This document shows positions 48,293 through 58,893 of a stretch of 64,000 nucleotides of DNA, one piece after another. The position numbers and the translations under genes were made by a program. Source of the stretch: Bacteroidales bacterium. GTDB lineage: Bacteria; Bacteroidota; Bacteroidia; Bacteroidales; GCA-2748055. Below the pieces are notes generated by a model. It saw only the letters and a program-made list of their open reading frames with translations. It was not told the origin of the DNA and made no database searches. The stretch lies in assembly GCA_029210585.1 (NCBI GenBank), contig JARGFP010000006.1, positions 88,322 to 152,321 of the forward strand. The letters are read 5' to 3'. Positions within the stretch are counted from its first letter, which is position 1. The number at the start of each line of letters is the position of its first letter.

Positions 48293-49556
48293 CCAGCGTG
48301 TAGTAAAATCCTGCCTGCATATTTAAACGGTTCCTGAAAAGCTGCTCCGGGTATTCCTCGTAGGCATATCCGACCCCTGCGCCAAATCTTGTCCTTGCCG
48401 ACAACTGTTTCATGATCTCAATCCGCACTGAAAGCGCATTGAGCCGCTGCAGGTCAGCCACCACCGTGACAGGTTCATCAGGGGAAGTCCCATAGCCGAT
48501 GGTGGCCGAAACATAGTTGTACTTGTTCTCAAAGTACCTGCGCACAGTAAGATGGGAGGATACTGAAACCCCATATGCCTTGTTGAAAATATAATTTTTC
48601 AGGTCAAACCAGTAATTTCCCAGGTATTTATCCACTCCCAGTGCATAGAAAAGGTAATGCTGATCAAAATAAAAATACCTTGCCCCGGCTGAAACTGACC
48701 AACCGGCAGGCAGAACCTGCCACAGGTGGACTGCTGCCCGGTGCCTGGGCAGGTAGGTACCGGTACCGATCCCGTAGCCCAGCAGCAAATAGTTTTTCGG
48801 GGTAATGTCAAGGTATGCATCTGCATTGAGCTGGAATGCAGTGGTGGAGAGGAATGTCTCTCCATCGCTGATAAAATGCCCCATATTGAAGTAGGGGGAT
48901 ATGGTGCCGGGGGCAATGGGGTAGTTTCCTCCCAGGGTGACCATGTGCCAGCGCCTGTTGTAGGGTTGTCTGAAATGATCAAACATGTACCTGGCAAACA
49001 GTTCCGGGGCAGGTTCACTGGCAAGTACCTGTGCTTTCAGTTGGAGGGCCTGGTCATTTTGCGGAGCATCTTCAAGAAGCTGATCAAGGATTTCCAGCGC
49101 TGTATCACCGTTGTCCTGCTTGTAATGAGCAATGGCCTGCTTGTACAGCAGATCCGGGTCGCCGGGCATGACTTCCAGAGCTTCGGAATTGGCAGCGAGT
49201 AATGCTGACCAGTCTTCGCTCCAGTAAAGCAGGCTGCTCCGGGCCCTGAGTGCATCCTCAGTCCCGGGATGCCTGGTTAATACCGACCCGACAAGTGAAA
49301 GTCCGGTTTCATATTCTCCTTGCCTGCCGTGGATCAACGACAGGTAGACGCGGACATCGTCATACCCGGGCTGGTCCTCCAGAAGCACATAGGCAAGTGC
49401 TTCGGCTTCTTCCAGGCGGTCAGCCTCAACCAGCGTCCGGATGCGAAGGAATTGCTCTTGAGGGGTAGGTGATGCAGTGGTTCCTACCTGTGCTGCTGCA
49501 TTCATGCCGAATACCAGGAGGAGGAGGAGGATATTGTTTATTCTTGACATCCACAT
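48282..49556 (-). CDS. TPR plus YaiO-like outer-membrane beta-barrel protein
   Basis: Signal peptide, TPR repeats, C-terminal aromatic beta strands (KYLGNYW, RRYF, GYGTSPD). Confidence 0.75.
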   Translation of the reverse strand: MWMSRINNILLLLLVFGMNAAAQVGTTASPTPQEQFLRIRTLVEADRLEEAEALAYVLLEDQPGYDDVRVYLSLIHGRQGEYETGLSLVGSVLTRHPGTEDALRARSSLLYWSEDWSALLAANSEALEVMPGDPDLLYKQAIAHYKQDNGDTALEILDQLLEDAPQNDQALQLKAQVLASEPAPELFARYMFDHFRQPYNRRWHMVTLGGNYPIAPGTISPYFNMGHFISDGETFLSTTAFQLNADAYLDITPKNYLLLGYGIGTGTYLPRHRAAVHLWQVLPAGWSVSAGARYFYFDQHYLFYALGVDKYLGNYWFDLKNYIFNKAYGVSVSSHLTVRRYFENKYNYVSATIGYGTSPDEPVTVVADLQRLNALSVRIEIMKQLSARTRFGAGVGYAYEEYPEQLFRNRLNMQAGFYYTLDGN

Positions 49557-49560
49557 TGTT

Positions 49561-49935
49561 TTACACAGGAAAGTTAAGGGATTGAATAATTTCCAGGAGT
49601 TGATCAGGATCAAATGGTTTGGTGATATAGGCATCTGCTCCGAGTTCCTTTGCATGCTTTCGTGTATCGTCAAGACTGATATTGGTAACAATGATCACAG
49701 GAATTTTCCTGCCATAATTCTTGCGTACGAATGCTACGATCTCCAGCCCGCTGTTATAAGGCATGTTGATATCAGTAATGATCAACCCGATCTCATGCTC
49801 CTTGATCAGGCGTATGCCCTCCTCTCCGTCGGTCGCCACCAGGATTTCATGATCCATACTTTTCAAGGCCACCTCCAGCACCCGCTGGGTAAGTTTGTTA
49901 TCCTCGCATACAAGTATTTTTTTTCTGTCTGACAT
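49561..49935 (-). CDS. Single-domain response regulator (REC)
   Basis: ILVCED, ITDINMP, GLE, YITKPF. Confidence 0.92.
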   Translation of the reverse strand: MSDRKKILVCEDNKLTQRVLEVALKSMDHEILVATDGEEGIRLIKEHEIGLIITDINMPYNSGLEIVAFVRKNYGRKIPVIIVTNISLDDTRKHAKELGADAYITKPFDPDQLLEIIQSLNFPV

Positions 49936-50229
49936 ATTGCTTTCAATAACTTATCGATTCCCCCTGGTCATCCGCACAGGCTGACATCCGTGAAAGAAAC
50001 CCGCAACTCCCGGCGAAACATAATCACCCCCGCTCATCTGAAAATACGTTTTATTTACCCCTTTGTTTCCGGGAGTTCCAAAAACTTGATGGATCAGCCC
50101 AAATGGGTGACAGGGAACGTATCCTGATCAATGGAAACCTTGAGGTCCGCATCATTTCCCTGTCAAAGTTAATGTTTATTTTGGAGGCAGGAAGATAAAA
50201 AACTTGTGTATATTTAAAACAAAAACAAG

Positions 50230-51012
50230 ATGCAGGAACAACACGAAAACAACCGTCCATCCAGAAGGTATTTTCTGAAAACCGCAGGTGCCGGGGCAGC
50301 AGCTATCGCCGGTTTTTCTGCCTTCTCTCCTTCATGCAATCCTGCCAGCATCTCCTCAGCGGAATATGAAAAATTCTTTGGCCAGGGCGACACAATCCTG
50401 TTCCAGGGGGATTCCATCACCGATGCCCACAGGGACCGGAAAAACGGACAGTTCAATCATCCTGCTGCCCTCGGGGATGGATACGCCATGCTGACAGCCT
50501 CTGAGCTGCTGGGAAAACTGCCCGGCAAAGCGCTTACCATTTACAATCGCGGCATCAGCGGAAACAAGGTGTACCAGCTGGATGAAAGGTGGCAGCAGGA
50601 TTGTATTGACCTGGAACCGGATGTACTCAGCATACTGATCGGCGTGAATGATTACTGGCACATGCGACAGGGAAGGTATGACGGAACTGCAGGGACCTAT
50701 GCCAAGGATTTTCGCAGCCTGCTAAAGCGGACCCGCGCTGCCCTGCCGGATGTCAGGCTGGTGATCTGTCAGCCTTTTATACTCACGGAGACCAGTGCCG
50801 TGGATGCATCATGGGTTGAACCCTTCCGTGCCTACCAGGAAAGTGCTGCCACGATCGCCGCTGAATTTGGAGCCACCTGGGTACCCTTCCAGGAAGCCTT
50901 CGATAATGCTTTGTCACTCGCCCCTGCTACCTATTGGGCAGCTGATGGTGTACATCCCTCCATGGCAGGAGCACAACTGATGGCAAACACCTGGCTCAAT
51001 GCGCTGAAATAA
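50230..51012 (+). CDS. SGNH/GDSL hydrolase with Tat signal
   Basis: SRRYFLK; FQGDSITD, NRGISG, GVND, DGVHP. Confidence 0.92.
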   Translation: MQEQHENNRPSRRYFLKTAGAGAAAIAGFSAFSPSCNPASISSAEYEKFFGQGDTILFQGDSITDAHRDRKNGQFNHPAALGDGYAMLTASELLGKLPGKALTIYNRGISGNKVYQLDERWQQDCIDLEPDVLSILIGVNDYWHMRQGRYDGTAGTYAKDFRSLLKRTRAALPDVRLVICQPFILTETSAVDASWVEPFRAYQESAATIAAEFGATWVPFQEAFDNALSLAPATYWAADGVHPSMAGAQLMANTWLNALK

Positions 51013-51170
51013 TCCGCAGAAAGGATGATGGCAGGCAGAACAGTAGTCGAACTATATCCCGGCGGAGGAGACAGCCGGATCCTTCAGCAGGCATGGGAAA
51101 ATCTTACTTCCCGTTTTTAATTCTGTTCATTTCCGCTTACCTTTATCGAAACCAACAAAGTCAATCTCGC

Positions 51171-52211
51171 ATGAAAAAGTGTTTGATCGTACTCGCTGCA
51201 ATTGCCCTTACAGCGTGTGGCAACAATGTCGAAACTCCCACACCGACGCAAGGTAATGTATCGCCGGATTACTATCTGGGTGCCTGGGCCCTGGACCTGG
51301 ACTACGAAAACAGTCCTGCAGGGTGGCTGGAAGTCAGGCAGGAAGAAGGATATCTTGATGCGGATCTGTTATGGCGGGGAGGAAGTGTAAGCCCGGTGGA
51401 ATTTGTCTTCATGGCCGAAGGCAACCTCATGGTCACGCGTGGCCGTGATCTCGTCAGGGAAAGAAATGCCAACGATGAACCAGTCAGAACCCACCATGCC
51501 ATCAGCACACTGAAGATTGAAAAAACAAATGACAATGAAATAACCGGTACAGCCATATTTCCGCGAAACAATGTTATCGATTACGAAAAAGTTACGTTCA
51601 CCGGCAAAAGGCTCCCGGAGCCTGGCGAAAAACCGGATCTATCCTCCATCAGCTACGGAGATCCGGTGACCCTGATCGCAGAAAACAGCCTGGCAGGCTG
51701 GGAACTACTGGAAGAAGGCGCTGCAAATGGATGGAGCGATACAGAAGGAATACTGAAGAACGATCCCGTACAGAAAGAGGGTGAATCACATATCCATTAC
51801 GGGAACCTGCGTACGAAGGCAACATTCAGTGATTTCAATTTATCCCTTGAAGTAAACGTGCCAGAAGGCAGTAACAGCGGTGTATACCTGAGGGGAATTT
51901 ACGAAATACAGGTGGCCGATACTTATGGCAAACCATTGAATTCTCACAATATGGGAGCCCTCTACAGCAGGATCACTCCCTCCGTGGCAGCAGAAAAGCC
52001 GGCCGGCGAATGGCAATCACTGGATATTACCTTGTACAAACGGCACGTGACAGTGGTGCTGAATGGTATCCCGATCATCAACAACCAGCCTGTCAGGGGC
52101 GTTACAGGCGGAGCGATGCGCGCTGATGAATTCAAACCGGGCCCCATCTACCTGCAGGGTGATCACGGGAAAGTGGCCTACCGGAATATGGTCCTTACCC
52201 CGATTGAATAA
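51171..52211 (+). CDS. DUF1080 (3-keto-glycoside hydrolase-like) lipoprotein
   Basis: Lipobox LTAC; GSNSGVYLRG-YEIQV, GEWQ, GPIYLQGDHG-VAYRN. Confidence 0.85.
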   Translation: MKKCLIVLAAIALTACGNNVETPTPTQGNVSPDYYLGAWALDLDYENSPAGWLEVRQEEGYLDADLLWRGGSVSPVEFVFMAEGNLMVTRGRDLVRERNANDEPVRTHHAISTLKIEKTNDNEITGTAIFPRNNVIDYEKVTFTGKRLPEPGEKPDLSSISYGDPVTLIAENSLAGWELLEEGAANGWSDTEGILKNDPVQKEGESHIHYGNLRTKATFSDFNLSLEVNVPEGSNSGVYLRGIYEIQVADTYGKPLNSHNMGALYSRITPSVAAEKPAGEWQSLDITLYKRHVTVVLNGIPIINNQPVRGVTGGAMRADEFKPGPIYLQGDHGKVAYRNMVLTPIE

Positions 52212-52254
52212 GGCTGCGGTCCCCTGGCCTGCCTGTAAAATTATTGAACCGAAA

Positions 52255-53340
52255 ATGATTGAAGAACTGATCTCAAATAAAAGCGACAACTGGCAAAACA
52301 TGCTGATCATCAGCGCATTGATTCTGGTTACAGCAATTGTAGTATACCTTGTGTCAATCGTATTGATCAAAAAATTCAGTAAGCGGGAGGACAATCCGCT
52401 TAAAAAAACCACGCATAAAAAATTCAGGACGCCCCTGCTGGTCTTTCTGCTCAGCATCGCGCTCAGCATTGTTTTCTCAGCCTGGGATGGAGAATATGAG
52501 TTCATTACATACTTGTTGCATTTCCTGAAAGTGGTCATCATATTCGCTGCCACCTGGCTGATCATAAGTACCATTAAACTTGGGAAGGAATTATTGCTCA
52601 GACCACACAACATTGACGAGAAGGACAACCTCAGGGCAAGGAAGGTTACCACACAATTCAGGATTATTGAAAGAATCCTGATCACGATCATAATTATTAT
52701 CTCCCTCAGTATCGCCCTCATGACCTTCGAAAGCATCAGGCAAATTGGTGTAAGCCTGTTTGCTTCTGCCGGGGTTGCCGGGATCATACTCGGTTTTTCT
52801 GCACAGAAATTGTTGGCAAATGTGCTGGCAGGAATCCAGATCGCGCTTGCCCAACCCATTCGGCTCGACGATGTGGTGATCGTGGAAGGTGAATGGGGAT
52901 GGATTGATGAGATCAATCTCACCTATGTGATTGTGCGCATCTGGGACAAACGCAGGCTGGTGGTCCCCACCACCTACTTCATTGAAAAACCGTTCCAGAA
53001 CTGGACCCGCGAATCGGCAGATATCCTGGGCACTGTATTCATTTACACTGATTATACGGTGCCGTTTGACAAATTGCGGGCAGAACTCACACGTATCCTG
53101 GAAGCTGACAGTAACTGGGACGGCAAGGTAAATGTGTTGCAGGTCACCAATGCCACTGAAAAAACGGTGGAAGTGAGGGCGCTCATGAGTGCAATCGACT
53201 CACCCACGGCCTGGGACCTGCGTGTGAGCGTGAGGGAAAAACTGATCAGCTTCCTCCAGGAACACTATCCTGAAAGCCTGCCGCGCACACGCCTGGTAAT
53301 TGAGAAAGAGCAGGACAAAGTGCAGGAAACGGACAAGTAA
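52255..53340 (+). CDS. MscS-family mechanosensitive channel
   Basis: SLFASAGVAGIILGFSAQ, QPIRLDDVVIVEGEWG, PFQNWTR. Confidence 0.9.
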   Translation: MIEELISNKSDNWQNMLIISALILVTAIVVYLVSIVLIKKFSKREDNPLKKTTHKKFRTPLLVFLLSIALSIVFSAWDGEYEFITYLLHFLKVVIIFAATWLIISTIKLGKELLLRPHNIDEKDNLRARKVTTQFRIIERILITIIIIISLSIALMTFESIRQIGVSLFASAGVAGIILGFSAQKLLANVLAGIQIALAQPIRLDDVVIVEGEWGWIDEINLTYVIVRIWDKRRLVVPTTYFIEKPFQNWTRESADILGTVFIYTDYTVPFDKLRAELTRILEADSNWDGKVNVLQVTNATEKTVEVRALMSAIDSPTAWDLRVSVREKLISFLQEHYPESLPRTRLVIEKEQDKVQETDK

Positions 53341-53376
53341 AACCATAACAACGGGACCTGCTAAACAGAACAGGAA

Positions 53377-54837
53377 ATGGAAATCATCTATATTATTACA
53401 GGACTGGTAATCGGGGGAATCGCAGGATATGTGATCGCTACCCTCGCTGCAAGGTCTTCGTCTGTCCCCAGATCTCAATACGAAAAATTAACGGCTGAAC
53501 TTGGGCTTACCCGTGGTGAAATAGCTACGCAAAAAGCCAGGTTGGAATCATCTGCTGAGCAGGCTTTACAACTGCGGCAAGAGATTGAAGTATTGAAAAC
53601 CGAGGCCGAAAAAAAGTCGGAAGCATATTACGAACTCAACAAGCAGACTGCTGTTTCAGAGGCTAACAACAGGGCATTAACAGAAAAACTGGATACCCAG
53701 AAACAGGAGATCGAGGCACTGGGCAAAAAGTTCAATACAGAATTTGAGAATATTGCCAACAGGATCCTGGATGACAAGACGCTCAAATTCACGAAGCAAA
53801 ACCAGGACAACCTGGAAATGATCCTGAAGCCGCTTGGCGAAAATATTTCGACCTTTAAAAAGAAGGTTGAAGAGGTATATGACAAGGAATCCAAGGAGCG
53901 CTTCTCCCTGGGAAAGGAACTGGAGCGGTTGGTGGAACTGAATAAAAAAGTAAGTGAAGAGGCCAACAATCTGACCAATGCACTGCGCGGCAGTTCAAAG
54001 GCGCAAGGCGATTGGGGCCAAATGATCCTGGAAAAGATCCTGGAGCAGTCCGGACTGGAAAAGGACCGGGAATATTTTGTGCAGGAATTCCTGAAAGATG
54101 AGGATGGCAGCCTGCTTAAAAACGAGCAGGGACGGAAGCTGCAACCCGATGTGGTTATTGCCTATCCTGACAACCGCAAGCTGATCATTGACTCAAAAGT
54201 ATCCCTCACTGCCTATACACGCTATTCAGAATCAGACGACCCGGAGGTGCAGGCACTTGCCCTGAAAGGACACCTGGAATCCATGCGCACCCACATTGAT
54301 GAACTCAGCGCCAAAAGTTACCAGGATTTTACATCTTCGCTGGATTTCGTAATGATGTTTGTCCCCAATGAACCGGCTTACCTGCTGGCCCTGAAGAATG
54401 ATCCTGACCTCTGGCACTATGCCTACAGCAAGCGGATTCTGTTTATCAGTCCTACGAATCTGATCGCGGCATTAAAGATGATTGCCGACCTCTGGAAACG
54501 GGAATACCAGAACCAGAATGCACTGGATATTGCCGATCGTGGAGCGGCACTTTATGATAAGTTCGTGGGGTTTGTTGACAGCTTACAGTCCATCGGAATC
54601 CATATCGACCGCACACAAAAAAGCTACAATGCGGCCATGGGACAACTCAAGGAAGGGCGTGGCAACCTGATCGGACAGGCGGAAAAATTGCGCGACCTTG
54701 GGGTGAAGACCAAAAAGAACCTGCCGCCCAGCATGCTGAATGAAGTTTCAGATGGGAAAAATGAAGTTTCTGATGAGGGAAATGAAGTTTCTGATGAGGG
54801 AAATGCCGGGAATGTAACAGGAGAGAATTCAAAATAA
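53377..54837 (+). CDS. rmuC: DNA recombination protein RmuC
   Basis: N-terminal TM plus coiled coil; [36 protein letters not shown]. Confidence 0.93.
   Translation: MEIIYIITGLVIGGIAGYVIATLAARSSSVPRSQYEKLTAELGLTRGEIATQKARLESSAEQALQLRQEIEVLKTEAEKKSEAYYELNKQTAVSEANNRALTEKLDTQKQEIEALGKKFNTEFENIANRILDDKTLKFTKQNQDNLEMILKPLGENISTFKKKVEEVYDKESKERFSLGKELERLVELNKKVSEEANNLTNALRGSSKAQGDWGQMILEKILEQSGLEKDREYFVQEFLKDEDGSLLKNEQGRKLQPDVVIAYPDNRKLIIDSKVSLTAYTRYSESDDPEVQALALKGHLESMRTHIDELSAKSYQDFTSSLDFVMMFVPNEPAYLLALKNDPDLWHYAYSKRILFISPTNLIAALKMIADLWKREYQNQNALDIADRGAALYDKFVGFVDSLQSIGIHIDRTQKSYNAAMGQLKEGRGNLIGQAEKLRDLGVKTKKNLPPSMLNEVSDGKNEVSDEGNEVSDEGNAGNVTGENSK
54739..54805 (+). repeat. 21-bp coding tandem repeat x3 in the rmuC tail
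   Basis: AATGAAGTTTC(A/T)GATG... encoding [21 protein letters not shown]. Confidence 0.85.
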
Positions 54838-54881
54838 TACGCTGATGCACGTCCGGGTGATGCACGGTTAAATGATGGATG

Positions 54882-54900
54882 GGCATGCGATCCGCATGCC
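54882..54900. terminator. Hairpin between convergent rmuC and BON genes
   Basis: GGCATGCG-atc-CGCATGCC perfect 8-bp stem; weak U-tract. Confidence 0.4.
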
Positions 54901-54912
54901 ATGATTTTACAG

Positions 54913-55692
54913 CTATTGTATTACAAGTTCATTCTCAACAGCGTAAGCACCACCTTCCCAGGCATTATTAGCTGCTTCCCTGTATTCCCGGTAACTGTCG
55001 ACGGTTCCCTCGAGGCTGACGACCCCGTTTTCCACGGTGATCGTTACCTGGTCCCGGTCCACATACGGACTCCACCAGATTTCCCTGGAAACCTGGGTCT
55101 TGATACGTTCATCGTTGGGTATGATGCTGTAGTTATCCGGAGGTGTTATAAAGAGGTCATAATAAGGATAGCTTCCATACCAGTAATACCCATATGGATA
55201 ACTGATCTCCAGGTTATTGTTGACTTCATTGACCCCTTCCACGTTACTGGCAACCCATTCTGCCTAAGTCTTCTCCAGGTAGCTGTCTACGCGTCCTGCC
55301 AGTGTGGCCACGCCATTTTGTACAAATACGCCGATATCCCAGGCTTCTGTGATGGCATTATCCGATAGTGCTTCATTGATATCAGCCTGTATCTCGCTAT
55401 CCTCAATATCTTCGGTCTTCACCTTGATCCTGTTGGTAACACCTGACACACCATAGGTATTCTCAGCGAGCATTTCGGCGGCTTTTTTGGCTTTCAGGTT
55501 AGTTACTGTTCCCGTAAGTTCAACAATACCATTGGTTACCGTAACATCAACTTTGTTGTTGTTCACGGCATGATCGAAAATGAATTCGTTTTCAATGGCG
55601 TCAACAATGTCTATGTCGTCTGGTTTTGTTTGTCCGTTGATCAGCACAAAACCAGTAAAAAGCATGGTAATAATCAAAGTTAATCGTTTCAT
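54913..55692 (-). pseudogene. BON-domain (OsmY-like) protein interrupted by an in-frame TAG
   Basis: ...GRVDSYLEKT*AEWVASNVEGVNEVNNNL...; TAG at 55264-55266 with both halves in one frame; three BON repeats. Confidence 0.75.
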
Positions 55693-55749
55693 AATGTCTG
55701 CTTTTAATTTTTACTGTTGTTACATGTGCTGAATGATCGGGTCAAATAG

Positions 55750-55953
55750 CTATGATTCGATCTCAAATGAGATCTTCGCATTCACTGCATAGGATACGAT
55801 CTCGTTGTTCTCAACATTCGCATTCATGTTTTTGATGTAAACCGATCGAATGTTCTTCACTGTTTTTGCTGCTTCTTTGACAGCATTCTCGGTTGCTTCT
55901 GAAAATCCATTTTCGGATGAAGCAATCACTTCAATAACTTTTACCATCTTCAT
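55750..55953 (-). CDS. Dodecin family protein
   Basis: KVIEVIASS...AVKEAAKTVKNIRSVY...YAVNAKISF. Confidence 0.85.
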   Translation of the reverse strand: MKMVKVIEVIASSENGFSEATENAVKEAAKTVKNIRSVYIKNMNANVENNEIVSYAVNAKISFEIES

Positions 55954-55978
55954 AATCATTTGGTTTTTAGGTTAATAT

Positions 55979-56302
55979 TTATAATTCATCGATTTTCGCA
56001 GCCATGATAAAATCATTTCTGGACAGGCCGCCTATGTCATGTGTGCTTAGTTCCACCTCGACTTTGGGAAAGCTGACGCAGACCAGGGGGTGGTGTTGCT
56101 CCTCTTCGGCGAGCCGCGCGATCTCCTGCGCAAAAGCCATCCCCCTTTGAAAATTTTCAAAAGGAAATTCCCGGGTGAGGCGCTTGTTGTCATAAACACG
56201 CCATTCAACCGGCAACTGTTCCATATAGACCTGTATCTTCTCCTTATTCAGCGGCTCAGTTCCTGCGAGGACTGGTTCGCAATGCATTTCCCTTAAGTTC
56301 AT
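55979..56302 (-). CDS. phhB: Pterin-4-alpha-carbinolamine dehydratase
   Basis: FENF...AEEEQHHP...STHDIGGLSRNDFIMAAKID. Confidence 0.9.
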   Translation of the reverse strand: MNLREMHCEPVLAGTEPLNKEKIQVYMEQLPVEWRVYDNKRLTREFPFENFQRGMAFAQEIARLAEEEQHHPLVCVSFPKVEVELSTHDIGGLSRNDFIMAAKIDEL

Positions 56303-56527
56303 AGGCGAATATTTTTAAAGTTTGACCAGTATCAATAGAATATCATGCCAAAAAGGTTCGTTCAGCGCGATTCCTTTTATAACAGTGGGACAGGGCAAGA
56401 TTGATGCGGGCACATCAATGTTGCCCGGAATAGAAAATCAGGTAACGGATTACCACAATTGGGGAAGGAATTCAACAGGATATCGACAAGTCAACAGGAA
56501 CTCAAAAATTCCGAAGAAAGTCAACAG

Positions 56528-57106
56528 CTATTCCGGTGGATCTTTTCTAAGGAAATACACCGGCATCCCGATGGTCTCGTCGAAAAATTCATCGTACACC
56601 TCAAAGCCTACATAGCGGTATAGTTTCAGCAATTTTTCGACAGTGGTTTCAATGAGGATGGGAATATTGAGGCTGCGGGCCAGGTCGTTCAGGTGATCCC
56701 GGATATCGGCAAGGCCGCGGATACTGTTGGTTTCCGGATCCTTACCGAGCAGCCAGACATAAATGTAATCATCCAGGTCGGGCCGACGGCTTTCGACGTA
56801 TTTTTCACGTCGTGCCGTTTCCAGCAGTTTGTGCAGTTTCAGGGTCCGCAGGAACATCACAGCATATTTCAAATAGTCCTTCACCGACCTTTTGTATTTA
56901 CTTTGCTGCCAGTATACAATCGCCGTGGTCTTGTCTTCAGAAAGGTATACACCATTGAACTTAAACGCCAGGTCGTATGCATAGGCCGCCATGATCTTCA
57001 GTCGCTTTTCCGTGTTGCCTTTCCGGAGGATGGGGCGCAACCGGTCGCTTTCCCTGAACGCTCCGGCCATAATTTCAAGAAGGATCTGCTTGTCTGTTTT
57101 GTTCAT
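56528..57106 (-). CDS. GNAT-like hypothetical protein
   Basis: YIYVWLLG...ILIETT...LYRYVGFEV GNAT-like C-terminus. Confidence 0.65.
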   Translation of the reverse strand: MNKTDKQILLEIMAGAFRESDRLRPILRKGNTEKRLKIMAAYAYDLAFKFNGVYLSEDKTTAIVYWQQSKYKRSVKDYLKYAVMFLRTLKLHKLLETARREKYVESRRPDLDDYIYVWLLGKDPETNSIRGLADIRDHLNDLARSLNIPILIETTVEKLLKLYRYVGFEVYDEFFDETIGMPVYFLRKDPPE

Positions 57107-57193
57107 GGTCCAAAAATAAAAAAAAAACACTTGCTGCGAAGATTAATTTCCCCCGATGCAGGTATTGCCGTCAGATTCAGTATTTTTGCACAA

Positions 57194-57754
57194 ATGAATC
57201 ACATGAATAAAGCTGCAGCTTTCATTCTTCTGTTTAGCATCATTATACCCATCCTCCAGGCACAGAGTCCTCCCCCTGTGACATACAAAGTCGTCCCGGT
57301 ACATTCCTTTGAAGATCTCTACAGGTATCATGATTTCTATATCTCGGCGCAACCTGAAGTTGCGAGGCTCACTTTTCTGAAGGACCAGGGCATCAGGACC
57401 ATTGTCAACCTGCGGACAGAGGAAGAAAATGAAGTATTCAGGGAAGAGGAATACGATGAAAAGTTCGTGGCTGAAAAACTTGGTTTCAGTTACATCGAAT
57501 TGCCCATTGAAAACGGTCCAGGCTTTACCCCTGAAAACCAGGCAGAATTCAACAGTTTACTGGATACAGGCACACCTACATTGATCCACTGCAGCAGCGG
57601 CCGCAGGGCTACCTACCTGTTCATCGCCTACCTCGTTCAGGAACGCGGAGTTCCCCTCCAGGAAGCTGTCGAAACAGGAAAACAGATGAAGTACCGCTCA
57701 CCCCTGGAACAATTGCTGGATAAAGAGATTATCCTGGAAATCGCCACGGAATAG
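57194..57754 (+). CDS. Secreted PTP-like/DUF442 (Cx5R) protein
   Basis: Signal peptide; SAQP, GIRTIVNLR, LIHCSSGRRA; TATTTTTG -7 element at 57181. Confidence 0.75.
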   Translation: MNHMNKAAAFILLFSIIIPILQAQSPPPVTYKVVPVHSFEDLYRYHDFYISAQPEVARLTFLKDQGIRTIVNLRTEEENEVFREEEYDEKFVAEKLGFSYIELPIENGPGFTPENQAEFNSLLDTGTPTLIHCSSGRRATYLFIAYLVQERGVPLQEAVETGKQMKYRSPLEQLLDKEIILEIATE

Positions 57755-57882
57755 ATTCCACAATGCAACATGCCAGTCCGATCCTTAGGATCAGACAGAT
57801 GCATTCGGTATCCTGTTACAGATAAAAGCTGTCGCAATGCAATCAGCAGTACAACAGCTTCTTTATCCATTAAACCAGAATG

Positions 57883-58875
57883 TTAACGCTTTGCGATGGT
57901 TTCTGTAATAAACCTGTACCCGGTTGTAGTATTGTATTTGTAACTCAGCGTAAACGTTTCAGTCACCGGGTCGTAGGTACTCTCACCATCGGGTTCGCAT
58001 GGTGGTGCACTTCCGGAAGAAATCACCTCGACAGTATTGTCCTCGTTGATCTTCAGTTTCATCCGGTAGTCATAGGAAGCAAGGTCGGCAAACTCTGTTT
58101 CGTAGACAGTAAGACCCGTACGCTCAAGAATTTTCAGGTGACCAAACGCACGCTCGCCGGTAATCGGATGAACAAAGACTCCTTCCGATTCATAGATCCC
58201 GATCTCCAGTTCGTTCCACTCGCAGACAAAAGAATCGAGCGCGGTGGGCTCCGGCACATACCATGACCGGAACTGAATGCCCTCTCCAAAATTCAGCATA
58301 ACGGTTTCACTGCTGTCCTGGTGAACAAAGACAGTTTCTGTATTGCCTTCCCGGTCTGCATACACCAGGTCCGTGCCACGCTCAAGTTCATCGGAATTGA
58401 GCCAGTCAATGGCAATATTGCTTGTTCCACGGATCTCAAAGGAGTTGGCAATACGTGACAGGAGGCCCTTACGGTAGAGTTCACCATAGGCAGTACCAAA
58501 GGCGGGTACCCTGATGGATCTGTCGCCAAGACTGTTCCCTGTGTAAATATTAAAACTGTAGGATTTCTCATCGAGGTTATCGATCATGATTTCGATGGAA
58601 TCCAGGTCACTCTGCCGTTCATAATCCACCACAACAGAGTCCTGGTTATCGTTATAGAAAACCTTGATAAATTCAACGCCCCTTGCCTCCTGCAGGATAC
58701 CTGTGATCAGCACCCTGGAGTCGCCGGCATAAGTCTTCACCGAATCCATTTTGGTCGTGTACCGGACTTCGCCGTCTTTGATGAACTGGTAATGCAATTC
58801 GTCCATGGATTCGCAGGAGAAAAGGCCCGCGAGTACCAGTATGACCAAGCTGGTTGTTATTATATTTTTCTTCAT
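57883..58875 (-). CDS. SusE-like lipoprotein (DUF4998-like)
   Basis: Lipobox LFSC, MDELHYQFIKDGE; last gene of the SusCD locus. Confidence 0.7.
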   Translation of the reverse strand: MKKNIITTSLVILVLAGLFSCESMDELHYQFIKDGEVRYTTKMDSVKTYAGDSRVLITGILQEARGVEFIKVFYNDNQDSVVVDYERQSDLDSIEIMIDNLDEKSYSFNIYTGNSLGDRSIRVPAFGTAYGELYRKGLLSRIANSFEIRGTSNIAIDWLNSDELERGTDLVYADREGNTETVFVHQDSSETVMLNFGEGIQFRSWYVPEPTALDSFVCEWNELEIGIYESEGVFVHPITGERAFGHLKILERTGLTVYETEFADLASYDYRMKLKINEDNTVEVISSGSAPPCEPDGESTYDPVTETFTLSYKYNTTTGYRFITETIAKR

Positions 58876-58893
58876 AAGTACGCTTTTTTACAA

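Noticed and set aside
53377-54837. rmuC as a defence nuclease or mobile-element marker
   Set aside because: It is an ordinary widespread chromosomal gene, with no associated methylase, integrase or defence genes.
56693-57193. N-terminal extensions in the ORF track (also 2415, 11881, 36372, 49691, 52063)
   Set aside because: They overlap neighbouring genes or promoters. Downstream ATGs give proper signal peptides or translational coupling.
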